From: Selaginella moellendorffii | Lineage: Eukaryota; Plantae; Lycopodiophyta | Length of the DNA: 64,000 nucleotides | NCBI RefSeq assembly: GCF_000143415.4 | Contig: NW_003314275.1 | Location: 2,399,419-2,463,418 of the forward strand | Direction of reading: 5' to 3' | Shown here: positions 1 to 12,349 of the stretch, piece by piece | Layout of the letters: every line of letters starts with the position of its first letter | Position numbering within the stretch: the first letter of the stretch is position 1 | Notes under the pieces: generated by a model | What the model saw: only the letters and a program-made list of their open reading frames with translations | What the model was told of the DNA's origin: nothing | Databases searched by the model: none | Position numbers and translations under genes: made by a program

Positions 1-130
1 ATTCCAAGATGACGCGAGTCGCACGTGCAGGGAGTGTGGTGAAATTGAGATAGTCAAGCATGTGCTGTGGGAGTGTGACACTACAAAGGAGGTGTGGCGC
101 CAGATCATTAAGGTAGGGAAAGAGTTGGGC
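1..130 (+). mobile_element. LINE ORF2 fragment (C-terminal CCHC/zf-RVT region), paralog of ~60993-61122
   Basis: Encodes CRECGEIEIVKHVLWECDTTKEVW; near-identical to the LINE copy at ~60993-61122 and breaks off at 130. Confidence 0.8.
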
Positions 131-485
131 ATTATTGTAGTGCACGTGGTTTTGACCCTTTATTCTATGGTGATTTACCATAGGATAACACCATGAAGTG
201 GAACCTAAACCCTTTATGTGCCACGTGTCATATGCCACATGTCCATGCCACGTGTCCATAGGAACCCGAGGTTCAAGGCCTTGGGCCACTGAGGGAAAGA
301 ACGATGCCAAACTCCCAAGCATGGAGCCAAAAAGTGATGGAACTGAACCACAGAGCAACTCCCGAGCATAAAGCCCAAGGAGTGAAAGGGATAGGAGCTC
401 GGAGCGACTTAGAACAGTCCTAGAGTAACCAGCATCCCAATGCTAGGACCAGCACGCAAAATGGAGCCAAACGGAGCCAAACGGA

Positions 486-1408
486 GTCTCATCTTTGTGG
501 TGGCAGCCTGAACCCGATCTGTCTCGCCAAAACATGCTTCGAGCTTCTCTTTGAACAACTGAAGATAGTTTTTGGTAGAGTTGAGTGTGTCAAGAATCCC
601 CCAATTCTTGTCACATTTCTGACTCTCACCAGATTCTTGACCTGCAAACCACATTCTTGACTTTCGAGACACTTCCCTATTCTTGACTCTCTGATTTCCC
701 GTATAATTCTTGAATCTCAAGCCACATTCCTGATGATGACGTGGTGCCTCCTCGACTTTAGCTATATTTAAGCCGTTTTCGATCCAAAGGTGGTGAAGCT
801 TCATCAACCTATAGTATATATAGGTTAGCCTTGTTCCATTTCTCCACAATCTGAATCAACACAAGTTTAAGGCTTTTTCTTCGTTTCCATTAGCTTTTCT
901 CTTTGTCTTCTGCATTTTCCAGTCTTGATTTTGTTTGGGGTCTCGACAGTTTGATTCAGATTGTGTTTTTTTCATTTTTGCATTAGCTCGTTTTGATTGT
1001 TTGATAGTCTTTGCTTTTTTCCCCCTTTTTCTTTCTTCTTTGCCAATGGAGTCTTCAAGCCATCCTGATTTCTTTGCCGAAGTCCTTACAAAAATCCAGT
1101 CTAAGAATACCGAGCTGAAAGCGACCCTTCTTTGCATGCAGCAGGAGCTTGCTTCACTTTCGGCTCAAGGATCCAGCAAAGTTCCTGAACCGAAGGTGAG
1201 TTTCCTGGCAAAATTTTCAAACAAATGTTCAGAGCTTTGCGGATTCCTAAACTAGATGGAGCTGATCTTCACACTTCAACATCGGCAGTACCCCACTCTC
1301 GAGTCTCAAATTGATGCAATCGGGACATTGCTCGATGGTGCAGCTTTGTCATGGTTTTCTCCTCTCCTAGAGAAGAGCATGAAAGGGGTCGTGGTTCTAG
1401 AGCTGATA
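486..1408. mobile_element. Rearranged 5' half of a chromovirus: LTR 588-948 plus gag start (+), with the gag continuation inverted at 486-566
   Basis: TGTCAAG...TCGACA 361-bp LTR preceded by GAGTG (583-587), matching 26857-27222. Gag matches copy B to ~27681; 486-566 is the reverse complement of ~27684-27764. Confidence 0.85.
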
Positions 1409-2251
1409 TAGAGTTGTTTTATATCATGAACAAAGTTCTACTTTTAGACAGAAAATTATCTAAATCTACATTTAAATATGACAAAGCAAGTGAAAGTAGA
1501 GTTGAAAGAAATTTTTTAACAAACCTTGCATTAATCTTTTGGCAGGCCAAGATAGATCTATTGATATCCAAAGGAAGCTACATACTTATGGTTACTGTTA
1601 ATAATTTGGAATATTATCCCTGCAAATTATTAAGTTTCAGAATGTCTAATAAGCATATTATTGAATTCAAAGGTCTTCCTCCTTTAAATAGGATCCCTGT
1701 ATTTCACGATCTCGAGTGTGACGGTAATGATCTCTATTATTCCTAGCTTGCAAAGAGAATATTACTACCTTTAGTGACCTAAAGCTCCTTTTAAAAATGT
1801 TTGAATTAGTATTTGGATATTAAATGAAATATCTAAATAATCAGGTGCTAAAAGATTAATATTTGTGCCTACAAATATAGATGCATTCAACTTGAATCAA
1901 TACAAAATAGTGTTAGCAAAATATTTATTGATATGATATATTTGAATGGAATGTAGATCAGATTTAGTTTTAAAACTTACAAATATATAATTATAAAACT
2001 AAATTTTTTAATAATAAATTTTATTTATTAGTTTATTAAGTTATATGTTAACTTATTTATAAATGACTTATTTATTTGGTTAATATAAACTGAGGATTTT
2101 TGTTTTGTGCCTTGTAGCAATTGCCTAATATGTGTTTATATATTAAATTGTATTTTACACCATTTACTGAGTTTTAAATGTATTTTATAAAATATAGAAG
2201 ATAAACAATAATGCTAGAATTAAATAACTAGAGTTAAATGAAATTAGATGG

Positions 2252-2426
2252 TGTGAGGGCCAAGTGTACGGCTACGATGCCGTATACTAATATTAGCGTA
2301 GTGGGATTTTGGTAGCCATCGGATTGGTTTCAATTCGGACCACTCACTCCTGTATATAAACTAGGGTTTTTGGGCTAATTAATATGCATATTTCTGTATT
2401 CCCTTTCCATATTCCATGCACTCACA
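2252..2426 (+). repeat. 5' LTR (175 bp)
   Basis: TG...CA ends with 6-bp terminal inverted repeat TGTGAG/CTCACA; repeated at 7123-7383. Confidence 0.92.
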
Positions 2427-2427
2427 T

Positions 2428-2443
2428 TGGTGGAGGTGAGGGG
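2428..2443 (+). promoter_or_regulatory. Primer-binding site TGGTGGAGGTGAGGGG (probably tRNA-Ala)
   Basis: Begins with TGG one base after the LTR. Complementary to a ...CTCCACCA tRNA 3' end; the Ala assignment is inferred. Confidence 0.6.
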
Positions 2444-2660
2444 CACTTTTGATTGTCCCTGGGGAGTGCTTGGATTTGGGATTTCGGTTTAGATCTAGCT
2501 TTTGCATCGTCTAGATCTAACTTTTTCCATTTCCTTTCTTTTGTTCTTTCCTTTCAGGATTTTGGTTTAAATCTAGCTTTTTGCATTGTCTAGATCTACC
2601 ATTTCTTTCCAGCTTTTTGTCATTTCTCTTCTTTTGCTTTTTCTTTTTTCGTTCATCTTC

Positions 2661-3569
2661 ATGGCCAATCTACAATCTCCTCCTTTGACTCTAGAGCAAC
2701 AGTTGGTTCACTTGCTTGATGCTATGCGATTGCAATTGAACAACCAAACTCAATTGATGGTGGCATTCACGGCACGTGGTCCAACTCCTCCTGCTCTTGG
2801 TGCTAATCCTCGCGTTCAGCCGGAGTTCTTTCGTGGGAATCCTGGGGATGATGTGTACCATTAGTTCGATCACTTCACGGTGATTGCCACATATCATTCT
2901 TGGGATGATGCTCGACGTTTGCGTGAGTTTCCCACGTGTCTCCAAGGGACGGCATTGCAGTGGTACAATGGATTGAGTGCGGCCACTCGTGGGGATTGGA
3001 GTGTTCTTCTGGACATCTTCAAACGTGCCTTTGGACATGCCGACGATTGTGACGATGCTTTTGGGCCATCTGAGTCGGTGATGCAATTTGGCGTTCGTTT
3101 CCGAAGTCTTTTGCTTCGTGCGGAGCCTAATATATCGGAGCGGATCAAGCTAGGAATGTTGTGGCCAGCATTTCGTCAAGATCTTGTTGGCCTTGTGCAT
3201 GCACTTGCTCCTGCCACCCTTGACGATGCTCTTCGCTTGGCACAACGTTATGAGACGTCGCCTCTTCCGCTTCTCGCTACACGTCCTTCAGCTCCACTTC
3301 CTATGAGTGATAGTCCTGTTCCAATGGAGGTTGATGCTGTTGCTACTCGAGTCCAAGGACAAGGGCGAGGACGTGGTCGTGGCCGTGATGTTCGTTGTTA
3401 GGCATGTGATGAAGTTGGTCATACTTATCGGCGTTGTCGGCGCTTTTCGGATTGGCGACCTCCATTTCCTGGGTGGAGACCTTGGCGTCCGCAACGTCCC
3501 GTTGGTGCTGCTGCGGTGGAAGGTTTGGATACCGAGGTGCATTCGGGAAACGAGGAGTCGTGCAAGTAA
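2661..3569 (+). pseudogene. gag: gag with CCHC zinc knuckle; premature TAG stops at 2862 and 3399; -1 slippery site G GGA AAC at 3545-3551
   Basis: PEFFRG...LQGTALQWY retrotransposon-gag motif, PVPMEVD, and C*ACDEVGHTYRRC knuckle, all in one frame. Confidence 0.85.
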
Positions 3570-3659
3570 TGGAGGGACCTTGCGCGAATAAGTTAGTGAC
3601 CCCTTCATCTTTCTTTCGGGGAGTATCATCAAGGGGTTCACTCGGCACTGGTTCATCCA

Positions 3660-6600
3660 GTGTTTACTTTCCAAACTCGTTTTTATAACAAGAGGTCTCC
3701 TATTCTTCTCTCCGTATTGGTTGATACAGGTTCGAGTTTATCTTTTATTGCTCGACCTGTTGCCACACGTTGTCGTCTACACTTGCGTCGTGCGGCGGAT
3801 CCAGTTTTCATTCTTTATGGCAACGGCTATACACATGCATGCGCACGAGATGAGGCGGACCTGGTTATGCGTGTGGGTGATCTTGAGCTTGAGTTGCAGT
3901 CGTTGCAGGTGGTGTCGAGTCAAGCTTTTGACCTCATTCTTGGTATGGATTGGTTGCAGCAGAATCATGCCAAGTGTGACTTTGAGGCTTCTCCCCCTTG
4001 TCTCATACTTCCTTATGTTTCATCCATTCCTCTCACTTCCTTATGTTTCATCCATTCCTCTCACTTCCTTATGTTTCATCCATTCCTCTCACTTTTGTAC
4101 CTCTTCGTCCCTCTACTTCTACCTCTGCTTCCATTACTTTTGTTCCCCCATTATTTCCTCTTGTGTTTCCATCTTGTTCTGCTCTTCCCTTTTCCGATCC
4201 CTCCGATGATCTTCATGTTGCAGCTGTTGACCAGCTCATGAATAAGTATTCTGATCTCTTTGAATTTGACCTATCGTCTGGGGCCAAGATTGCCATACGT
4301 CATCCCATTCCAACCGGGGATGCTCGTCCAATCAAGGTTCCTGTTCGTCGTCGGTCACCCAAGAAGATCAAGATTTTACGAGCAAACATCAAGGAGATGT
4401 TGGAGAAGGGTGTTATTCGGAAGTCGCGGAGTCCTTGGGCATATAAACCTCATCTTGTGACGAAGCTTGATGGGAGTATTCGTTTCTGCATCGACTATCG
4501 TCCGTTAAATGAAGTGACAATCCCGGACGTGTACCCTCTTCCTCACACTGCTGATCTCTTAGATCGTCTGGGGCGAAGTCGTTGGTTCACCAAGCTAGAT
4601 CTTGCTTCTGGGTATTGGCAAGTACCGATGGCCGAAAAAGATATTCCTAAGACTGCTTTTCGTACACCATTTGGTTTGTACGAGTTCTTGGTGATGCTGT
4701 TTGGTTTGAATAATGCTCCAGCAACTTTTCAGCGGATGATGGACAAAGTTCTTTGCGATATGCCGGAGGTGACGGCTGACTTCATTAATGATGTCTTGAT
4801 CCACTCGGAGGGGACGTGGGAGGAGCACATTCGTGATGTTTGTAAAGTGTTGGATCGGCTACGCGACGTTGGTTTAAAGTTGAAGCGGTCAAAGTGCGTG
4901 TTTGGGTCCAATGACACAACTTATCTTGGGTACCGTATTTCTCGTGAGGGTTTGCAAGTTGATCCTGACAAACTTGTGGCTGTTCTAAAGTTCCCTATTC
5001 CAAAGTGTGTGAATGATGTGCAGTGCTTTTTGGGTAAGGTGCAGTATTTCGGTCGTTTTGTGGATCATCTTTTCGATCGCACTACACCATTGCGAGCGTT
5101 GCTGAAGTCATCAACGTCATCTTTCATCTGGTCTCCGGATTGTGAGCGAGTGTTCGTGAATCTCAAAGAACTGTTGATGACTCCTCCAGTTTTGGCATAT
5201 CCTGACTACACTCGACCTTTTATTTTGCACATGGATGCTTCTGACATTGGTCTTGGAGGTGTGTTGATGCAAGAGAACTCGAGTGTGCCTAGTCAGCACC
5301 ATCCCATTGCATACATAAGCCGTACATTACAACCAGCGGAGATGAACTACTCCACGACGGAGAAGGAGTGTTTAGCAGTAGTCTGGGGTTTCGAGAAACT
5401 TCATGCATATCTACATGGTTCTCGGACGTTACTTGAAGGTGACCATGCTACTGTTACTTCATTGCTGAAGCGGAAGAACCTGGTTGGTCGTACGGCTCGA
5501 TGGGCTTTGAAGCTTCAGATATATGATTTCGATGTTGTTCATCGCCCAGGGCGTTCTATGGCTGATGCTGATGCCCTTTCTTGAGCTCCTCTTCCTTCTC
5601 CACTCACTTCTCATGTTTCTGACGAACCTGTTGTTCCAATATCTGTGGATTTTCTAGATGAGGATTTTGTGCCGTCGGCGGTTGCTGTCCTTGACGTTCA
5701 GTGTCCATAAGGCGCAGAGCAAGATCTACCTTCTCTTGATGAGGTTCGCGCGGCTCAAAAGATTGAGCCGTGGATTCGAAGGCTTTGAGATGGGTTTGAG
5801 AATCCTGCATCACTTGCTGATGACTTGCCTTTCCGGCATTTACATTCTCAATATCGCCTTGAAGATGGCCTTCTTTATTTTGTGGGGATGGATCCTAATG
5901 ATCATTTACGGCTGGTGGTGCCTTCGGTGTTTATTCCGCGGTTTCTCCATGCCTACCATGATTCTCCTGTTCTAGGTGGGCATATGGGACACCGTCGTGT
6001 CACTGAGAAGCTGCGCAGGTCTTTCTATTGGCCAGAGATGCGACGTAATATTATCCGGTATGTGCGTAGCTGCGTTTGGTGCCAAGCTCATAATACTCCT
6101 CCTTGTGCTGTGGAAGGACGGTTGGAGTCAATTGCAGTTTCCCATCTGTTTGAGTTGGTGGCGTTTGATCTTATGGGACCTTTTCCACGATTGACTGCTG
6201 GCAATGAGTATGTTATTATTGCTTCTGACTACTTGACTCGTTGGGTGGAAGTTGGTGCTCTTGCTAGTGCCTCTGCAACTGCTGTTGGATACTTCCTCCT
6301 CAATCGAGTGGTGTTCCAGTATTCTTGTCCAAAGCGGATTCTTTCGAATAATGGTCCTGCATTTATGGCTGAAGTATTTCATGTTTTGACATCTCGGTTG
6401 GGGATACGCCACACTTTTACGAGTGCTTATCATCCACAATCAGACGGTCTGGTGGAACGGCTCGTTCAGACATTCAAAAGGATGATTGTGAAGTATGTGA
6501 ACTTTCAGCATTCGGATTGGGATGGTTATTTGCCGTCTCTTCGGTATGCCTATGTCACAGGGGTGCAGAGTTCTGTTGGTGCTTCACCATATATACTTCT

Positions 6601-6943
6601 ATATGGTCATGATCCAATATTACCAACAGAGCTGAGTTTACCTTTGCGATTGCCACGAGCTCCTGATGCTAGGTCATGGGATCAATATTTGACAAGCATT
6701 CTTCCACTTGTCCGAGTAGAGTCTGTTGAACACTTAGGCCGCGTACAAGTGGGACAACAACGGTGCTACAATTCCCATCATCGTCCATTTGCAGAGTACA
6801 AAGTGGATGATTTGGTGTTAGTCCGTTTTCCCCATCTTATGGTACGTGGTTTATCTAAGGGGCTCCTTGCACAGTGGAAAGGACCGTATCGTGTGTTGCG
6901 GCAAGTTGGACCACAAGTTTATGAGGTTCGGCATGATGTTTAG
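3660..6943 (+). pseudogene. pol: pol: aspartic protease, RT, RNase H, integrase with GPY/F motif; disrupted
   Basis: VDTGSS protease, RFCIDYR and KLDLASGYWQ RT motifs, YxDD decayed to FIND, DASDIGLG RNase H, HHCC plus integrase core (SNNG in place of SDNG), WKGPY. Contains in-frame stops and a frameshift. Confidence 0.92.
4008..4091 (+). repeat. Three perfect tandem copies of a 28-bp unit CTTCCTTATGTTTCATCCATTCCTCTCA
   Basis: Read directly; lies between protease and RT. Confidence 0.95.
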
Positions 6944-7236
6944 CAAGCCAATCCTCCAGAGATTGTGCATGTGCAGCGGTTAAAACGCTTCATACAAAGG
7001 GATCAGGAGCAGTTAATACCACCTACAGATCTGCCGAGGCCTCCTCCTGACGTTCCTCCAGATCCCGGCCCATCTACAAGAGAACCCTGATGGCCTTCCA
7101 TTATTCCGAGAGGAGGGGATGATGTGAGGGCCAAGTGTATGGCTACAATGCCGTATACTAATATTACCGTAGTGGGATTTTGGTAGCCGTCGGATTGGTT
7201 TCAATCCGGACCACTCGCTCCTGTATATAAGCTAGG

Positions 7237-7336
7237 NNNNNNNNNNNNNNNNNNNNNNNNNNNNNNNNNNNNNNNNNNNNNNNNNNNNNNNNNNNNNNNN
7301 NNNNNNNNNNNNNNNNNNNNNNNNNNNNNNNNNNNN
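7237..7336. other. Assembly gap (100 N) inside the 3' LTR
   Basis: Comparison with the 5' LTR implies only ~14 bp are missing. Confidence 0.9.
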
Positions 7337-8819
7337 TGATATGCACATTTTTGTATTCCCTTTCCATATTCCATGCACTCACATGGGAAACCTAATACAA
7401 GGAAAGTTTATTTATAAGTATTTTTAAGTTATAGTTTATACAACTTGAGTTTAGAAGTTGATACAAATGAAAATAAATTGCTACATGTTGCATGTAGCAA
7501 CGCTTGGTTTGCTTAATAGTAGTTTTATTATTACTTATTAATCCTACTTATCAAATAAAGTTTATAATTATAAGCATGTTTGTAATTTATAAACACAAGA
7601 TTAATCTTATTGCATATCAACCATTAGATGATAGAATAAATAAATTGCTATGCGTTGCATGTAGCAACGCTTGGTTTGATTAAAACTAGTGTTATTACTA
7701 CTGATTAATCCAATTGATCAAATAAAGTTTATAATTATAAGCATGTTTGTAATTTATGTATACAAGATTAATTTTATTGCATATCAACCATTAGATGGTA
7801 GAATAAAAAAGAATATAATAGAAAAGGTTTAAGAAAGTTTATAAATTATAAACATGTTTATAAATTATAAATACAAGATTAATCTAAATGAATAACAACC
7901 GTTAGATGATAGAATATCCTAGATATATTCTAGGTATATTCACTACCATCCCAGTCCCCTTATAGGTTTGCTTAAGCAAACCAAAAATTAATCTATTAGT
8001 TTATTAAGTTAAATAAATTAAGTATTATTAATAAATTTATTAAGTATTATTAAGTTATAGAAGATAAACAATAATGCTAAAATTAAATGAATTAAATAAC
8101 TAGAGTTAAATGAAATTAGATGGGAAACCTAATACAAGGAAAGTTTATTTATAAGCATTTTTAAGTTATAGTTTATACAACTTGAGTTTAGAAGTTGATA
8201 CAAATGAAAAAAATTAATACAAAAATAATATATTGTCCTGATCTCGTTTTATCCAATCTTTAGCATCAATATCCATAAATTCAAGTTAATCGTTCATCAA
8301 TTTTTAATTTAGTTAGGACTTATATTCTTTTTCTTCCTTCAGCCCTCTCACCATTTTGCTTGTAATCAAATTCTATTATAATTGATTTTTTGTCATAAAT
8401 GGTGCAAATTTGGATTCATGCTCTTCATTACAAATATAGTTCTTCCACCACAAAAAGATTCTTTAGGCTTTTGCAAAACCAATTGCTAGAGTCATTCCAC
8501 TACATATCCAGCAAACATGAAGCTATTTCGACCTGGAGCACATCTCCGTGCTCTTGTCCCCTTCACTCCTTGGGCTAAATGCTCAAGAGTCATTTTATGC
8601 TCTAATTCTTTTGCTCCTTAGCTCTAAGTTTGGGAGTTAGGCTCTATCCCTTCGTTTAGTGGCCCAAGGCCTTAAAACTCAAGTTCTAATCCACTGTCCC
8701 TAGACACATGGTCTGTGGCATGTGGTATATAAAAGGATAAGTTCTACTTTGTGATTATCCTATGGTAAATCATTATAAAATAAAGGGTGAAAATCATGTA
8801 TGCTATACTCATTGTTCAT

Positions 8820-9793
8820 AGTAGTGTTCACCACCACCACTATTAATTTAGAGCTTGAATACCTATCCACTAAATTTTACTAACTTTTGATACTTCTTCA
8901 CTATGTAACTATACCCTTGGTCACTATACAAAAGAATTATTCCTCTTGCTTTCTATAATTTAAAACTTTAGAATGATAATTCGAAACATTGCAACTCAAT
9001 GTGAGTCTCATGGGCATGGGTACTCCCCCCATCTTCTGCCACTAGGATGCCCTAACCATGTGGCTAAAGCAAGGTTCTAACAAACCATACAAGACAATGC
9101 CACTCATACTTGAATTGGGAACATTAATCATTTGATCTCTCACAACTATTAAATACTTCATCAAATCACTCCATTTATCTATCCATATTCACTTTAACCT
9201 TGGACTCTTTAGTAATTATATCATTTTCCACCACATGGGTGTAGTCTTCCTTGGTCATATTAACCTTTTTTAGCCTCACTAATTCCACTTTATAGGGATT
9301 TATTAAACCCCTTAGCATCTGGAGACAATCGATTTACGCTTTCACCTTTGGATTTAGTCTTGGTTTCAGTCTTAGTCTTGGTCTTGGCTTTAGTCTTGGT
9401 TTCAATCTCAATCTCACTCTCAAATTTGAATTTGAATTTGGACTCCCTCTCAAACCTATTCTCGACTTTTATTTCTCAGACCTAATCTTGGACTCGATCT
9501 CAGACTCGGTATCGGACTTGAAATCAGTCTTAAATTCAGTCTCAGACTAAGTCTCAGATTTGGTTTTGACACTTTTATGTCTTATAACATTTACCATGTG
9601 TTAGTTTTTTTGTATTTTGTTTTAAAGACTTACTTCATCAATCACTTTATGCTCATTCCTCAAACACTTCTTTGGGAGTTCCACTCCCATTTTCAACTTT
9701 TTGAGTTGAAACTTTTAGTTAAACTTCCACTTTAGCCATTGTGACATGATACATTTTCAACTCCATTTTGGTGCTTAGGGATTTGTGTCTTAC
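8820..9793. mobile_element. Old, heavily C-to-T/G-to-A decayed relic of the LTR family seen at 29830-31533
   Basis: Degenerate (ctcgga/ctcggt)n-like array at ~9350-9570, then GGGAGTTCCACTCCC and ...GGGATTTGTGTCTTAC matching that LTR's end. The left boundary is approximate. Confidence 0.7.
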
Positions 9794-10098
9794 TGATCAA
9801 AACATGATTCCTGAAATGTAACCAATACCACACATGCCTTGATTGCTGCCACAAACAGCCAAATGCAAATTCCTAGCTTTTGATATGACTTGCAAAGTGC
9901 TTAAAGTGATCTTTGGTTCCATATCCACAAGAAGGCAATGGAAAGGTTCCATTTGCCTTGGAATCCCAATGGAAAACCAAATAAGTGGTTGGAACCATTC
10001 CAAACATTAAAAGAAAATCATAAAACAAGTATTAAATAAATAAATTAATCAATTAATCAAATATTAAAGGATCCTGCCATGTTGAGTTAAGAGACTGA

Positions 10099-10540
10099 TC
10101 ATAAAGAATTTTCAATCTGGAGAGAATGAGCCTGTTGTATGCAAAAGACAGGATCATAATGCAGTTGGAAATTTCTTGGGGGATCACACCTTGTGGATTG
10201 GTTCTCACTATATCTGAGGTATGTGGAATTCAAGCTTTTTACTAGAATGTTGCCACTCAACTTGTTGGATATGACAAAGGAGAACAAACTTGTCAACTTC
10301 ATCAGCTCAAGAGGGCCTGTGAGATTGTTTTGTGCAAAGTTGACCACTTTGAGGTATAAGCAGTTCACTAGCCTTGAGCTGATCTCTCTGTGGAACTTGT
10401 TCACAGAGATCCATGTAAGGCAGGTGCACCAACATTGTCAAGAACAGGTTCCACTGGTTGATCCCAACACTGGCATACAAATAGTCCGCTATCTCTTCAC
10501 TAACTATAATTCGAACCAATGTTGATGCAGATTTTCCAAT
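10099..10540 (-). pseudogene. Plant-type leucine-rich-repeat (LRR-RLK/RLP-like) gene fragment
   Basis: LxxVNFAQNNLTGP and ISNKLSGNI resemble the LxxLxLxxNxLxGxIP consensus; frameshifted and without a complete gene. Confidence 0.65.
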
Positions 10541-10726
10541 CAGCTATCATCATGTTCACTCCATTGAGTGGTACTAATAGTGTATCACGCTTTTCTCCCA
10601 AGAACAGGGAAATGGCAGTTGCTACCATCAGCAAACGGAGGTACCAGCTAAACAGCAGTGTTCCCACAACTATGGACTGGTTGGCTTTCTAGAACGTACG
10701 AAGACTGTACGGGGTGACCTGTACTA

Positions 10727-12205
10727 GAGAGAGAAAGAGTTTAGGGTAGGCATTCCTTTTGTACCCCATTTTCAAGAAATGAGGCATTTGGCGCATCACC
10801 TGGTCGCTTTTCTGCTACCGCCGGGAACGAGCTCAAGGTTGGGAGGTATGGGTTATGATGTGGGGATCGTTCGTGATTTGGGGTCGTGTCCTTCTTGGTA
10901 GGAAGAGAGGAAATTCTGCTTCGCATGCATCCAGGATGTCCCTGGGGGGAGGGTGTGATGTCCTGGACTGAGAAAACCCAAAACGATGGCTGGGACAGCA
11001 GTGCTTGGGCAGAATTTGAGAGATTTGGATGCGCACACAGTGGCTATCATCCCTGGACACATTGATGAAAGGAAAGTGTTAGGTCTTTCTTTCTTGACTT
11101 CTCGACTCACTGACCAAACTTTTTGTGACGAGGTTTGAAGTTCTGGAGAGCAAGGACGAGCTTGATCTCATTGGACAACAACCACCAGAACCGCTGCGGC
11201 AGTTTAACCAGCGCTTTCAGTCTTATATTCGTAAATTCGTCCTGTGTGGCGACTTGATACGGCTGTGCATCACTTTGCCAAGTTCCAGCCTTCTTGGATT
11301 GGTCGTTATCAGGTACTTTCTCGTGCTGGCACTAATTCGTATTGGCTAGCAGAGTTGACGGGCACGACACTACCGATGGAGTTCATCTCAAACGGTATTT
11401 CTTTTGACTGGTACAGTTCACGTTTTGTTTCTATTGTTTTAATGCTGTGAGTGTCTTTGCGAGAACTATTTTGTTACTCACAGGCCCGAACCTGATTCGG
11501 GAGCAGGGCACTGTCTCCTGGGATAAGTTCTGTCCCATTCGCGATGCGGAGACAGCTTGTTGAGGGGCACGATCCTGTGGTACGTAATGCCTCTCTGTCC
11601 CCTGTCTCTTGAGGTTTCCGATCGTCACAGTTCTGAGGTGCATTCTTTGTCTCAAATCGCTGAGAATGTTAATCTGCACTTCCTTGCTTTCTGTCATAAC
11701 TGTTACATTTGAACTGCTTTCTATGTTTTCTTGTTCCGTGGTCTCGTTCGTCTAGTTGTGGCCTGTCGTTAACAATCTTTCACTGGGGATGGCCAAAGCA
11801 CTTGGTCTCTCTGGCGTTGGAAAGTTTCATGGCGGTTGGTTCTCGTTGACAGTTGGCCAAGTCGCTTGGTCCTTTCGGCTTGTCAATCGACTGCCTATGA
11901 CGGGCTGCTTCAAGGATGGATGAGACACGGGAAAATTTGTGTGATGCCTTTCTGTGCTTATTGTCTTTCTTTCATACCATTGCCTCGGAGCTTGAACATC
12001 GATGCTACCTCAGAATCTTTGACTTTGGACCTCCAATCACTTGGGATTGAGACTCATTCGCCCCTTGAGAGTTGCACACCATCAACACTGAATCTCTTAG
12101 TATCTGCGCACTTGGGACGTGCTTTCCCCAGTGAGTTGCCAAACTGGTACAATCCGAAAACGTACGGGAGAGTGTTATAAGAGAGAGTTTAGGGTAGACA
12201 TTCTT
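10727..12205 (+). mobile_element. Degenerate retroelement-derived segment with an integrase C-terminal (GPY/F) remnant; inverted paralog within ~56617-58208
   Basis: AKFQPSWIGRYQVLSRAGTNSYWL at ~11277-11350 (WIGPY in the paralog). Bounded by the direct repeat GAGTTTAGGGTAG at ~10737 and ~12185. Confidence 0.55.
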
Positions 12206-12349
12206 TGGATGATGTTAGTGCAGAGGTCATGAAGGGAACTGCCATGGAGATGTGCTCCAGGTCGAGATAGCTTCGTGTTGGCTGGATATGCAGTGGAAGT
12301 CGAGATAGCTTTGTGTTGGCTGGATATGCAGTGGAATGACTCCAGCAGT

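Larger units (their letters stand above)
2252..7383 (+). mobile_element. Full-length but defective Ty3/Gypsy LTR retrotransposon (no chromodomain seen), short LTRs
   Basis: LTRs TGTGAG...CTCACA at 2252-2426 and 7123-7383 (the latter contains an N gap). PBS follows the 5' LTR, PPT GAGAGGAGGGGATGA precedes the 3' LTR, and domain order is gag-PR-RT-RH-IN. Confidence 0.95.
1409..8810 (-). repeat. AT-rich duplicated segment, inverted paralog of ~24795-26840, interrupted by the Gypsy element at 2252-7383
   Basis: Long reverse-complement identity to 24795-26840 and similarity to 12350-13560. The uninterrupted site AAATTAGATGGGAAACC occurs at ~8113-8129 and inverted at ~25996-26012. Confidence 0.85.

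Noticed and set aside
409-849. Recurrent MWRNGTRLTYIYY ORF (also 21297, 26875 and 39352)
   Set aside because: Antisense reading of the chromovirus LTR with variable length; no coding evidence.
1351-1746. ORF apparently conserved in three copies (also 13227-13442 and 26516-26836)
   Set aside because: Similarity reflects segmental duplication. The N-terminus is a rearrangement chimera, and no Helitron helicase or other domain motif was recognisable.
10737-10750. TTTAGGG telomere-like motif (also ~12188)
   Set aside because: Single units, not an array.
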